Both the position numbers and the translations under genes were made by a program. Source: Candidatus Marinacidobacterales bacterium (lineage in GTDB: Bacteria > Acidobacteriota > Vicinamibacteria > Marinacidobacterales > DATDRI01). Taken from it: DNA of 64,000 nucleotides. Positions 23,489-33,291 of the stretch are shown here, one piece after another; the stretch's first letter is position 1, and every line of letters starts with the position of its first letter. The notes under the pieces are model-generated. The model made no database searches and had not been told where the DNA came from. It worked only from the letters and a program-made list of their open reading frames with translations. The DNA is taken from the NCBI GenBank assembly GCA_965222425.1, contig CBDCTW010000018.1, positions 113,925 through 177,924 of the forward strand, given 5' to 3'.

Positions 23489-24775
23489 CTGTCCATCATC
23501 ATTATTTGTCCGGGACTGGACTCTAGGCCCGGACTGCCCTCGAGCACATGCTGGAGAGCGTGTTCAGCGCGCGAGGGAAGGTGCTGAGGACGAACTTCTC
23601 GGCGACCAGCCGAGTAACGCGAGCGACCAAGCTGACTCAGGCTGCCTCTCGCCACTCGTATCGATGGTGCAATCCACCGACTCGCGGCAGTGCGACGACT
23701 TTCGCCGTAGGAGACGGTCGGTGCGTGACCGCTCTCAAGCTCGGTGTGTCCTTGTTCAGCCCCAAGTGGCAACGGTCCTCGTGATAGTAGCTGATGTAAG
23801 CTCGCACGAGCCGGATGAGATGACATGCGCCGAGAACCACGACGTGCTCAAGGAGCTCGCGACGGCAGCTGCCGACCCACCGCTCCGCGGTTCCGTTTTG
23901 CCATGGGCTGCGAAACGAAGTGCGAACGGGTTTTGTGCCCGTTGCTTTGATGAACTCGATGACCGCAGCGCTAAAGATGAAGTCGCGATCGAAGATGAGA
24001 TATTTCGGAGCGGTGTCGTAGGGAAACGCCTCACGCAGTTGCTGAATAACCCAAGCAGACGTCGGGTGGAACGTGGCGTTGAAGTGAACGATGTGCCGAC
24101 GGCCGTGCTCGATGACGAAGAAACCGTACAGCAGCCGGAGCGAAGCGGTGGGCACGGTGAACAGATCCATGGCGGCGATATCGTCTTTATGGTTGCGCAA
24201 GAAAGCCATCCATCGCTTCAGTTGGTCGGGCTCCGCGGGACGCCGCGGCAGGTATCGCGACACCGTAATCTCGGAGATGATGAAACCGAGCTTGGTGAGC
24301 TCAGCATGGATGCGTGGTGCCCCCCAGCCGTCTTGCGCCATCGTGCGGACGAGGCGGCGAATCTCGGCATCAATCCGAGGCCGACCGGGATGGCGGCGCT
24401 GCGAGATATTTGCCCAGTACCGTCGGAATCGGTCGCGATGCCAACGGGCCACGGTGTCCGCGTGGACGATGAGCAGGCGGCTCGCCCACGCGGGCCACGA
24501 ACCTCGAAGAGCAACCCAGAAAGCCCGTTCCGTGTCTTCGAGCGGTGGGCGTGGGCGCTCTTTCTTCAGCGCCGTCACTTGCTGCCGCAAAGCGACGTTC
24601 TCCAACACCAGGTCGGCGTGGCGCCGACACATCGCCCGAATGACACGGACGCCAAGTGAGACGAGGAAGACACCAACGTCGAGCATAGCGGCGGAGTTTC
24701 GCCGTCTTCGGCCCGGAATTCAAGCGGAGCGTAAGTTCTTGATTTCGTGGGCGGAGCGGTTTTGACGATGCACCG
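23489..24775 (-). mobile_element. rve / IS481-like element
   Basis: Imperfect IRs ctgtccatcatca (23489) and tgacgatgcaccg (24775) enclose one integrase-core ORF. Confidence 0.7.
23637..24686 (-). CDS. Integrase core-domain (rve) transposase
   Basis: LVLENVALRQQV, WGAPRIHAEL, AAMDLFTV, LIFDRD, SPWQNGTAERWVGS and GGLHHRYEWREAA motifs. Confidence 0.9.
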   Translation of the reverse strand: MLDVGVFLVSLGVRVIRAMCRRHADLVLENVALRQQVTALKKERPRPPLEDTERAFWVALRGSWPAWASRLLIVHADTVARWHRDRFRRYWANISQRRHPGRPRIDAEIRRLVRTMAQDGWGAPRIHAELTKLGFIISEITVSRYLPRRPAEPDQLKRWMAFLRNHKDDIAAMDLFTVPTASLRLLYGFFVIEHGRRHIVHFNATFHPTSAWVIQQLREAFPYDTAPKYLIFDRDFIFSAAVIEFIKATGTKPVRTSFRSPWQNGTAERWVGSCRRELLEHVVVLGACHLIRLVRAYISYYHEDRCHLGLNKDTPSLRAVTHRPSPTAKVVALPRVGGLHHRYEWREAA

Positions 24776-24970
24776 CCTGTTCGGTGCAGCGCTGATCCAG
24801 TGGAATAGCGCAAGCCGGGAATTCGGAGTCAATGTTCGCTTGCGCTACATGTACCGTCCAGGAAGTGACTTCTATATCGTCTTCAACGAACGGATGACTC
24901 AGCCGGGCGATGTCTGGGTTCTCAACGAAAGGAGCCTCACCGTCAAATGGACTTACCTGCTTCAGGTTTA
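24776..24970 (+). pseudogene. C-terminal fragment of a DUF5916-type outer-membrane protein
   Basis: LIQWNS...GVNVRLRYMYRPGSDFYIVFNE...SLTVKWTYLL. Confidence 0.65.
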
Positions 24971-25006
24971 GCATCGGCGAGGCGAGTGTTGCTCTAGGAT
25001 CCGTCC

Positions 25007-25501
25007 ATGACCGGAAACCGGCCAATGGACGCGGTGATGCGACGAAGAGGTCCTTTGCGACCGGTCCCGGCCCTCCTCGTCTTCACCACGCTCCTCTTGT
25101 TCGGGCCGGAGGAACTTGCGGCGAGCCCTCCTCAGGCCCAAGCGGCCGCCGCACACGAAACGGTGCTACGCGCGATCCCTGTGTCAGAGGCTCCCAAACT
25201 AGATGGGGTTCTGGACGAGCCGCTCTGGAAGGACGCTCCTCTGTTCGACAGATTCCTCCAGCAAGTTCCGGACGAGGGGAAGCCGGCCACGGAAAGAACG
25301 GAAGTCCGGATCGTTTACACCCGCGACAAGCTTTATTTCGGGGTCATGGTGTTTTACAGCGATCCGCACAAGTTGATTGCCAACGAGCTTCGCTACGATC
25401 AGCGTCGCATGTTTGCTGAGGATGACACCTTCTCCATCATGCTGGACACCTTTCACGACCACCGCAACGGCTATCTGTTCATCATCAACGCGCTTGGCAC
25501 C
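25007..25501 (+). pseudogene. N-terminal fragment of a CBM9-like / DUF5916 protein, truncated by IS5
   Basis: Signal peptide, PKLDGVLDEPLW, TERTEVRIVY and DTFHDHRNGYLFIINALG. Confidence 0.75.
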
Positions 25502-26588
25502 GGCGTTGTTGCACGGCCCGGCGCAAATCGCTGACCTCCCTGTGCCGGTCGGAGAGTCACCCGGCGCAGTAAGTATCGGGCATACCGAGCGCGGTCATCT
25601 TGTTGAGTATCTCGCACCCAATTCGGTGTTCAACTCGTTGCCTCGCCAACGTTCGAGCCCGCATCTCGGACCCCATGATCGCCTTGTAACGATAGACCGC
25701 GTTTTCCACCATGCTTCGCTCGGTGCAGCCTGAGAGCTTGTACCATTCACGTCGGCCGTGTTTTTCGATTGCACGAATATGGCGGTCGCGTTCCCGCATG
25801 GCGGTGTTCGAATTCTGACTGAGCGTGGCGTTTCGTTGCGGCGGAATCACCACGCGCGTCCTTCGTCCAGGGCTGTGCGCTTCGATGGCTTCGTAGACCG
25901 CTTCCTTGTCGTATGCACTGTCCGCCGCCACCGACGCTATAGGTGCTTGAATCTGTGTTAGCAAAGGGGGGACTCGCGTTGCATCGCGAGCTCGTGACGC
26001 CGTCAGTTCGGACGCAACAATGTTGCCGGTCTTGCGATCAACGGCGATGTGCAACTTGCGCCAGGCGCGCTGCTTGGGCGGTTTGCGGGTGGTTCCAACA
26101 TGAATCCTCAAGCCCGTGCTATCGATCATCAGGTGGATTGGTTGATTGCTTGCGGCTTTTCGAATCCGCAGCTTCTTGCGGAGCAGCCTCGATCGCCGAC
26201 ACAACGTCGAGTAGTCCGGGATCTCGATACACAGCCGGAGAAGCGAGGCGATCGAGTGCAAGAAGCCTTCGGTTTGGCGGTAGGCAAGCTTGTACACCAT
26301 CCGGACAACCAGGCCCGTTTCAATCGCCATCTCTGAATAGACCCGTTGACCGCCAGGCTTACCGCTCTTGTCGGCCTTCCAGTTCGCGATTGCCTCCTCG
26401 TCAAACCAGACCGTCAAATCGCCCCGGCGGCGCAGCCCTTCGTTGTATTCCGCCCAGTTGGAAACGTGGTACTTCTTCTGTTTCGCGTGCTTGTACTGGC
26501 TGCGCTTGGGATACTTCATGGTCGAACATTACCTCGGCCACCACCATAGGTAGATTTCGCGCCCAGCCAAGAGCGGTGCAACAACACC
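25502..26588 (-). mobile_element. IS5-family (IS903-like) element
   Basis: IRs ggcgttgttgcac and gtgcaacaacacc; transposase at 25557-26519. No matching TSD. Confidence 0.88.
25557..26519 (-). CDS. IS5-family transposase
   Basis: NWAEYNEGLRRRGDLTVW, IDSTG, WRKLHIAVD, ADSAYD and RSMVENAVYRYK motifs. Confidence 0.92.
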   Translation of the reverse strand: MKYPKRSQYKHAKQKKYHVSNWAEYNEGLRRRGDLTVWFDEEAIANWKADKSGKPGGQRVYSEMAIETGLVVRMVYKLAYRQTEGFLHSIASLLRLCIEIPDYSTLCRRSRLLRKKLRIRKAASNQPIHLMIDSTGLRIHVGTTRKPPKQRAWRKLHIAVDRKTGNIVASELTASRARDATRVPPLLTQIQAPIASVAADSAYDKEAVYEAIEAHSPGRRTRVVIPPQRNATLSQNSNTAMRERDRHIRAIEKHGRREWYKLSGCTERSMVENAVYRYKAIMGSEMRARTLARQRVEHRIGCEILNKMTALGMPDTYCAG

Positions 26589-26692
26589 GAGCACAGGCGT
26601 TAATGAAGTCGGAAGTGGTGACGAACACGCCTTTGCTCGTGCCCGCCGAGTCGAGCGTCCCGGCGAAGTTACCCAGGTCGTTCTCAGAGGAC
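26589..26692 (-). pseudogene. Mrr-type restriction endonuclease fragment
   Basis: Manual translation SENDLGNFAGTLDSAGTSKGVFVTTSDFINA resembles the Mrr_cat C-terminal motif (F.G.l....a.KGvFiTTS.F). Confidence 0.55.
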
Positions 26693-29446
26693 CTACGGTG
26701 ATGTCTTCCAAGTGTAGCTTAGGCTGAGGTAGTAGTAGCTGCCGTTAAACCCCCACGGCGTGTACCTGCTGTAGAGTTCCCCGGTGCTCAACGCGATGAT
26801 GCTCTCGTCCGGGTAGGTATTGAACACATTGCGTGAGCCGAATCTCAACGTGGTGGAATTGGAGAGTGGCAAACTGAATTCGAGATCAACGAGGGGTTTA
26901 CCGTCGTAGAATGCCGGGTCGTCGCCGTCAAACCAGCCGCCGTAGTAACTCAGGCGGCCAAGGAGGTTCATCCGTCCGATGCGCTGTTTGGCGCTGAAAT
27001 TCCAGCGGGTTTCAGGCAATGCTGCTTCCAGTCGACGGATTCGGTTGGGCGAGAGCGTCTGCTGGTTGAACTCCGTGACATCGGTGTTGGTGTGGTTGAA
27101 GGCGAAGCTGAACACGGTGTCGCCTCCGATGGCTGGCGGCGTGTAGGTCGAAACCACGTCGATTCCCTGAGTTTTCGTCGCAAAGTCATTAATGAAGAAC
27201 CGGAAGCTTCGTAGGTTGCTGGCGCTCGTGATCCCTTCCGCGACGAGGATGTCGACTTCGTCCGGCGAGAGATTGATGTCTCTCGAGTTCCCAAAGCGGT
27301 CGGACAGAGCGATGCGGAAGTAGTCAGCCGTGAAGGTGAAGGGGCCGGTATCGACGGTCGTCCCGACAGTGTAGTTGACCGATTTCTCAGGCCGGAGCGG
27401 CTGCCCGCCGTACCGTTGCGCGAGTTCGGAAGTCGATGGAATCGTGCCGCGGTTCACCAAATCCATGAGCGTCGAGTCGTATAGAGTCGACACATTAAAC
27501 GCGTTCTGCTGCGCGGGCGTCGGCGCACGGAAGCCGTTACTGACGCTGGCGCGGAGCGCGACGATCCGGTTGAGCCGGAACCTTCCGGAGAGCTTGCCAT
27601 TGACCGTGGTGCCGAAATCCTCAAAGTTTTCGACCCGCACAGCAGTGCCGAGGTTCCACCGGTCTTCCAGGCTCCGCAACTCAATGTCGCCGTAGACCGC
27701 TACATTGCTGCGACTCCACTTCCCCGCTGCAATCGGGCTGAAGCCCGGGAAGCCGTTGGACGCGGCGGAGAAACCCTGCGTGGCGAAGGGACCGAAGTCC
27801 CACGACTCGCGCTGCCCGAGGCCAATCGTGAACCGCTCGTCACGCCATTCGGCACCACCGGCGAGGTGGACCACGTCGTTGACGGCATAGGAGACGTCGA
27901 CGTTGATGCCGAGTTCCTGCTGCCGGTAGAGGCCGGGATCGAACGACGTGGGCGTATCCGGTCCAAAGGAGGCGTTGACGGTGTTATTGATGAAAAAGTC
28001 TGCCTCGTTGGAGCCAACGCTCAGGCTGGCATCCCAAACCATGCCGCTGGAGGTGAATCCGCGCAGGCCGGCGACCACCGACCCATCGGTCGCGTCGCCG
28101 CCGAAACTCGGAGTGAAGCCGCCCGGAAAGCGCTCCTGGAAGGAAAAACAGTTCGGATCGGCGAAAACCTGGCCAAGGGCCGCCGGATCGGGCACATGGT
28201 TGGTGATGGTCGCTATGGGGCAGTTGGCAGAGCCTTCGCCGTGCGCAGCAAGCACATCGCCGATGAGCAGGGTTTTGCCGCTGTCATTGCTGAACACCCC
28301 ACCGCGGGTGTTGGGATTCCTGAAAAAAAAGCCCCATGTCGCCTTCTTGCTGGCGTAGTTCGTGTGGCCGTAGAACTGCAGGCCGTTGCTAAACAGATAG
28401 CCGAAATTGCCAAAAAACTTGAGGTCGTCGTCGATCTCCGGAGAGCCCCAGATCTGAGCCGGATTGCGGACATAGTTGTTACCGACCGCGATCAGTGCCG
28501 CCGCATCGGCGCGCTGTATGCTGCGGTCGGTCGGATTGGAGTTGCCGTATTCGAAACTGAGGTTGGCGAAGCCGGTCGCGCCGAGCGGCAACCCGATGTT
28601 GCTGGCAATGGTGTACCCTTCTCCTCCACCGTCGTGGTGTACCCCGGTGTGAAACTCGACACTGCCACCAGACCGGGCGTCCTTGAGTTGGAAATTCAGC
28701 ACACCGGCTATGGCGTCCGAGCCGTACTGCGCCGCTGCGCCGTCGCGCAGTACCTCCACCTGCCGCAGCGCGACCGATGGGATGGCCGAGATATCCGGCC
28801 CCTGTGCGCCGTCCGCCACGCCGTTGCCACCCCAGATGATGATCGCCGAGCGATGGCGGCGTTTGCCATTGACCAAGATCAGCGTGTGGTCGGGTGCCAG
28901 GTTACGCAGATTCGCCGGACGGGAAATTTTGGCCGCATCGGTAAGCTGAGTATTAACATTGTAGGACGGAATGATGGTCCGCAACCGATTGCTCAAATCG
29001 GTGTCGCCTTGATTAGCGAGTTCCTCGGTCAAGATAACATCAATCGGTACCGTCGACTCGGTTACCGACCGTGGCCGCACGCGTGTTCCGACCATGACGG
29101 TCGTGGTCAGCGCGCCCACCTGGAGGATAAAATGCAGCAGGACCGGTTGGCCCACATTCAGTTCGACATTGCTGTAGATTCCAGTTTCAAAGCTAGGCAC
29201 CTCCGCGGTTAGTGTGTAGAGCCCAGGTGGCAAACTAAACTCGTAATTTCCGATTTCGTTCGTCACACGTGTAGCAACAATTTCAGTTGTGTTCTCGGTC
29301 GCCGTGACGACCGCACCGGGAATGACTGCTCCAGTGCTGTCGCTCACGGTTCCACTCAATGTGGAATTCTCCTGGGCAAACGTGCTGGGAGATGGACTCA
29401 ACAGCAACACAACGCCCGCCAAGACGACTACACAGATTCCTCGCAT
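26693..29446 (-). CDS. TonB-dependent receptor with N-terminal carboxypeptidase-regulatory-like domain
   Basis: Signal peptide, LSGTVSDSTGAVIPGA, plug motifs LILVNGKRRH and VEVLRDGAAAQYGSDAIAGVLNF, and beta-barrel with C-terminal aromatic strand. Confidence 0.92.
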   Translation of the reverse strand: MRGICVVVLAGVVLLLSPSPSTFAQENSTLSGTVSDSTGAVIPGAVVTATENTTEIVATRVTNEIGNYEFSLPPGLYTLTAEVPSFETGIYSNVELNVGQPVLLHFILQVGALTTTVMVGTRVRPRSVTESTVPIDVILTEELANQGDTDLSNRLRTIIPSYNVNTQLTDAAKISRPANLRNLAPDHTLILVNGKRRHRSAIIIWGGNGVADGAQGPDISAIPSVALRQVEVLRDGAAAQYGSDAIAGVLNFQLKDARSGGSVEFHTGVHHDGGGEGYTIASNIGLPLGATGFANLSFEYGNSNPTDRSIQRADAAALIAVGNNYVRNPAQIWGSPEIDDDLKFFGNFGYLFSNGLQFYGHTNYASKKATWGFFFRNPNTRGGVFSNDSGKTLLIGDVLAAHGEGSANCPIATITNHVPDPAALGQVFADPNCFSFQERFPGGFTPSFGGDATDGSVVAGLRGFTSSGMVWDASLSVGSNEADFFINNTVNASFGPDTPTSFDPGLYRQQELGINVDVSYAVNDVVHLAGGAEWRDERFTIGLGQRESWDFGPFATQGFSAASNGFPGFSPIAAGKWSRSNVAVYGDIELRSLEDRWNLGTAVRVENFEDFGTTVNGKLSGRFRLNRIVALRASVSNGFRAPTPAQQNAFNVSTLYDSTLMDLVNRGTIPSTSELAQRYGGQPLRPEKSVNYTVGTTVDTGPFTFTADYFRIALSDRFGNSRDINLSPDEVDILVAEGITSASNLRSFRFFINDFATKTQGIDVVSTYTPPAIGGDTVFSFAFNHTNTDVTEFNQQTLSPNRIRRLEAALPETRWNFSAKQRIGRMNLLGRLSYYGGWFDGDDPAFYDGKPLVDLEFSLPLSNSTTLRFGSRNVFNTYPDESIIALSTGELYSRYTPWGFNGSYYYLSLSYTWKTSP

Positions 29447-29470
29447 GACTTCCTCCCTAGGCCAATTGAA

Positions 29471-30870
29471 GGTGATGTCTTAAGATTCCTGTCAAAGAAA
29501 AACGATGTATGGTTCCCCAAGCTCAAACCCGTCCCCGCCATGGGGACAGAAAAGGAGAACCATACATCATGGGAAAGGTACTACCGAGTCAGCGATTGCT
29601 CAAGCAGTTCGAGGAACAACTGGTATTTGGGGAGATGAATCTCTCGGAGATCGTCCGGTCGGGAGCTCAGATGATGCTTCAATATGCGTTGGAGCGCGAG
29701 GTGACGGAGGCGTTGGGTCGAAACTACTATGAGAACGCTCCGGCAACGACGAAGGAGAAGGGACGACGCAACGGGTATGAGTCGCATCGGGTCCTCACGG
29801 GCGAGGGAGCGGTAACGGTGCAAGTGCCGCAGGTACGAGAAACAGAGAAGGTGTTTCAGTCAAAGATTCTCGACGCCTACGTGAGCCGGACCGAGAAATT
29901 CGATGAACTGATCGCGCGGATGTACGTCCACGGGATGTCGACGCGTGACATTGAGGCGACGTTCGCGGACGTGCTGAGCGGCACGGGTGTCTCGAAGTCG
30001 GTGGTGAGCCGGGTCACACGGTGTCTGTCGGAGAATTTCGAGGCGTTTCGAAAACGGGATCTCTCGAACGAGAAGCTGTTGTATCTCGAGCTCGACGGCA
30101 CGTACCTGCGCTACCACCAAGGAGCGGAGAGGAAAGAGCCCATCCTCGTTGCGACCGGCTATCGCGCTGATGGGACGCGAGTTCTTCTTCATATCGGTGT
30201 CGGCAACCGAGAATCCTACGAGAACTGGAAGGGGTTCTTGCAGGAGATGGTGGCCCGAGGAATGAGGGAGCCGTTGCTCATCGTGACGGACGGGAATCCT
30301 GGAGTGCTCAAAGCGATCGCAGAGGTCTTCCCTCGAAGCCTCAAGCAACGTTGCCAGAAGCACCGCCTCGAGAACATCCTGGGCAAGGCTCCGAAGGAAG
30401 TGCGCGACGAACTCAAGGCGGCCATCCTTGAGTCGTTCCATGCGAACAGCTACGAGCAAGGGCTGAAGAAGGGTCGGGAGGTGATCGCTCGGTACCGTCA
30501 ACGATTCCCGAGCGCGATGAAGTGCATGGAAGAGACCCTCGAAGCGTGTCTTCAGGCGCTACGCCTTCCTGCGGCGCATCACAAAAGGCTTCGCACGTCG
30601 AATCTACTTGAGCGCACGTTCGGAGAGCACAAACGTCGCACAAAGGTCATTCCTCACTTCTTCACCGAGGAGGCCGCGATGAAACTCTCGTTCGCTGTGC
30701 TCTTGGCCGTCGCAAACAAATGGCGCGGCGTGAGGATGGATATCTTCGCCGCTAGGAAAGTCGAGGAGATTCGCAACGAGCTTCTCCCGCAAGGCACGTC
30801 GGAGGAATCAGCAGCTTAACCGAGCGCGGGGAACCGTACGGAGATTTGACAGGAAAATTAAGACTTGACC
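29471..30870 (+). mobile_element. IS256-family element
   Basis: IRs ggtgatgtcttaagattcctgtcaaa and tttgacaggaaaattaagacttgacc; 8-bp TSD caattgaa. Confidence 0.92.
29569..30819 (+). CDS. IS256-family transposase
   Basis: YLELDG, IVTDG, QRCQKH and LRTSNLLER motifs; RBS aaggag. Confidence 0.92.
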   Translation: MGKVLPSQRLLKQFEEQLVFGEMNLSEIVRSGAQMMLQYALEREVTEALGRNYYENAPATTKEKGRRNGYESHRVLTGEGAVTVQVPQVRETEKVFQSKILDAYVSRTEKFDELIARMYVHGMSTRDIEATFADVLSGTGVSKSVVSRVTRCLSENFEAFRKRDLSNEKLLYLELDGTYLRYHQGAERKEPILVATGYRADGTRVLLHIGVGNRESYENWKGFLQEMVARGMREPLLIVTDGNPGVLKAIAEVFPRSLKQRCQKHRLENILGKAPKEVRDELKAAILESFHANSYEQGLKKGREVIARYRQRFPSAMKCMEETLEACLQALRLPAAHHKRLRTSNLLERTFGEHKRRTKVIPHFFTEEAAMKLSFAVLLAVANKWRGVRMDIFAARKVEEIRNELLPQGTSEESAA

Positions 30871-30889
30871 CAATTGAATCGAGCCCGGC

Positions 30890-31232
30890 ATGAACTTGTA
30901 CCGGGTTTCCCAGAGACTTCAACAGTTGACTCCGGCCGCCGACACTGGAGTGTTCTGGCGGCAATAGTACTGCTGCTCGTACTCGACCGGCGGTAGGTAG
31001 CCGATCGGAGTGAGCAGCCGCTTGTTGTTGAAACAGTCCACCCACTCAAGGTTGCGAAACTCGACCGCTTTGGCATGTTCCGGAAGTGATGGAGTCAAGC
31101 CCATTCTTAGTTGAAATTTTCCACGGCTCCCGGTTCGTTTAAGCAACGTTCTTCCTCGACGTATTATTTTTCGCGGTCTCGATCTTCAGTTCACGCTTGA
31201 GCGCTTCACGCAGCTTTGGAAGGTGTCGGTAG
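30890..31232 (-). mobile_element. Fused remnants: IS3 right end and IS256 right end
   Basis: 30890-31075 encodes AVEFRNLEWVDCFNNKRLLTPIGYLPPVEYE plus an IS3 IR. 31092-31232 matches about 20562-20704. Confidence 0.75.
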
Positions 31233-31238
31233 CCCTTT

Positions 31239-32323
31239 GCCTTGGTGCACAACTCCGATAGAGGCCGAGAGCTCGCTTGGCCCCGACTCCCATCATCCGA
31301 TCATCTCGCTATCAGGCCTCCCGAGCGCCGTCATGGTGTTGAGAATCTTGCACCCGATCCTTGCCTCAACTCTCTGTGCCGCCAACCCTCTCGCTCGCAT
31401 CGCTGAGCCCACGATAGCCTTGTAGCGATGGAACGTTGTCTCGACTTTGCTCCGTTTGCTGTAGCCCGATTCTGTGTGCCACTTTCGTTTGCCGAGCCGA
31501 GCTTGTGCTGCAATGTTGCGATTGCGCTGTCGGCTGCTCGCCGGCCCCGATGCGAGCAGGGCGCCCTTGCGCGGCGGTATCAGCACCCTCGGCGAGCGAT
31601 GAGCGCTGTGATTCTCGATTGCCTCATAGACGCCGCCGGCGTCGTATGCGGTGTCAGCTCTGGCCGATGAGATGGGACTGTCGATCTGTCCGACAAGCGA
31701 TGCAACCCGCGATGAATCGCGGGCTCTTTTGCTCGTCAGCTCGCCGGCGACGACTTCGCCACTCTGCTCGTCGACACACAGATGGAGCTTGCGATAGTCC
31801 CTGCTCTTTGGTGCTCTGCGCAGCTGGCCGGCGTGGACAGCGAGACCGCTGCTGTCGATCAAGATGTGCAACGGCGTCTTCTGCTTGACTTGGTAGAAGG
31901 GGACCTTACCCAGCTTCGGCTTGCGCCTCGAGATCGTGGTGTGATCGGGCACATCATTGTCTAGCTTCATCAGAGCGAACAACGACCGCAGCAATCCCTC
32001 GCTCTGCCTAGATGACAGATGAAACACCATGCCCAGGGTGACAGCCGTCTCGATGGCGTGGTTCGAGTACTTGCGTTGACGGCCCGGTTTCCTCCTCCTT
32101 GGCCGGGGCGCGTCCCAGTTCACAAGCTTGCCGGCGGTGAGCGAGATCCAGACGGTCAGGCTCCCGCGGTCGCGTAGACCCGCCTCATATTCACGCCAAT
32201 TCCTCACGCGATAGGCCTTCTTCACATACTTCCGCTGAGTGCGTTTGAAAATGCTCATGGGGAACCTCGAATCCGAGAGTACAGGACAATTGTGGACCGA
32301 GATCGCGAGTTGTGCACCAAGGC
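31239..32323 (-). mobile_element. IS5-family (IS903-like) element
   Basis: Perfect 17-bp IR gccttggtgcacaactc / gagttgtgcaccaaggc. Confidence 0.9.
31293..32258 (-). CDS. IS5-family transposase
   Basis: NWREYEAGLRDRGSLTVW, IDSSG, RKLHLCVD, ADTAYD and YSKRSKVET motifs. Confidence 0.92.
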   Translation of the reverse strand: MSIFKRTQRKYVKKAYRVRNWREYEAGLRDRGSLTVWISLTAGKLVNWDAPRPRRRKPGRQRKYSNHAIETAVTLGMVFHLSSRQSEGLLRSLFALMKLDNDVPDHTTISRRKPKLGKVPFYQVKQKTPLHILIDSSGLAVHAGQLRRAPKSRDYRKLHLCVDEQSGEVVAGELTSKRARDSSRVASLVGQIDSPISSARADTAYDAGGVYEAIENHSAHRSPRVLIPPRKGALLASGPASSRQRNRNIAAQARLGKRKWHTESGYSKRSKVETTFHRYKAIVGSAMRARGLAAQRVEARIGCKILNTMTALGRPDSEMIG

Positions 32324-32658
32324 AGCCGTTCGCAAGAAAGTAGTCATTCGGGACCGTCCGCGAACGGCGTTCAGGTTCCGTCAATCATAGGAGCAGTCTA
32401 CGTTCGGCTGTCCATCGATCGGGGAAGCTTACGGTCCCAAATCCTGCCAGCGTGCCCGAGCATGTCCGCGAGGAGAAGCTGGGGCACCGCTGGGTCGCCA
32501 TCGAGCAATACACTTGCACGCGGGACTGGCTGGCCTGTGCTCCGCAAAAAGTCGATCCGGTGTTGATTATGCGGTTTAGACCTGCCATGCTCGGCTGCTT
32601 CGCGCCGATCGACCTGACAACGGGAAAGAAGGGGCGGCATTGATAAAGGAGTCAAAAC

Positions 32659-32919
32659 ACGTCTACAGAAAAACAGAAGGATGGCCTCTTCGGAAAACGA
32701 CTCACGCTGTGTATTACACCGGCGGTTTGGGAGAAGTTACAAGCGTCGTCTGATCGGTACGGGATAGCGGCATCGGTGTTGGCAAGGGACGCGATGATCC
32801 AGAGGCTCCCATTCATGCTCGATGCCAGGCGGCGAGGATCCCGGCACGAAACACGGTACCGTGACGGTACACAAGCCGTCCAGACAGGCTCCGCTACTGG
32901 CGAAGCTGCCCCACAATGA
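32659..32919 (+). pseudogene. Putative ribbon-helix-helix (CopG-like) protein with ACG start
   Basis: AAGGAG-7nt-ACG opens an 86-codon frame containing KRLTLCITPAVWEKLQASSDRYGIAASVLARDAM. Its stop overlaps the next ATG (ATGA). Confidence 0.45.
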
Positions 32920-33291
32920 ACGCTGGCGCGGTGTTGCACCACTACACGCTAACCACGGGCCACGTGGCGAAGACACCACGCTCGGATGTCAGCTCTAAAA
33001 CTCTGACCTTGTTGCGTCCCGTCATCGAGAGGGCCGTGGGCGGCTACGCGGTGACGTTGCCTGGATTCCACGACCATCGGCTAAGCATCAGAAACATCTG
33101 GCACGGCGCGGTAGGCTGGCTCATCGAAGGAGCCGAGCGCCGCGTCATGGTTCGTTGCGTGAGCGCATGGACGGTTACGGGCGTGACGAAGGGCTTGACT
33201 TGGCTATCAGCGGACGCGGTGCTACTGGAGGAGCTCCGCTTACCCTGTTGCCTGGTCCAGCCCGGAGTCTCGCTCCTTGCGGACCCCGATG

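Noticed and set aside
31231-32331. TSD for the IS5 at 31239-32323
   Set aside because: The flanks agcccttt and agccgttc are only partly similar, so no TSD is claimed.
32452-32534. EEKLGHRWVAIEQ as a DNA methyltransferase tail
   Set aside because: It resembles the AEKLGRRWIGIE motif but is too short, and the preceding DPF.GSGT motif is absent.
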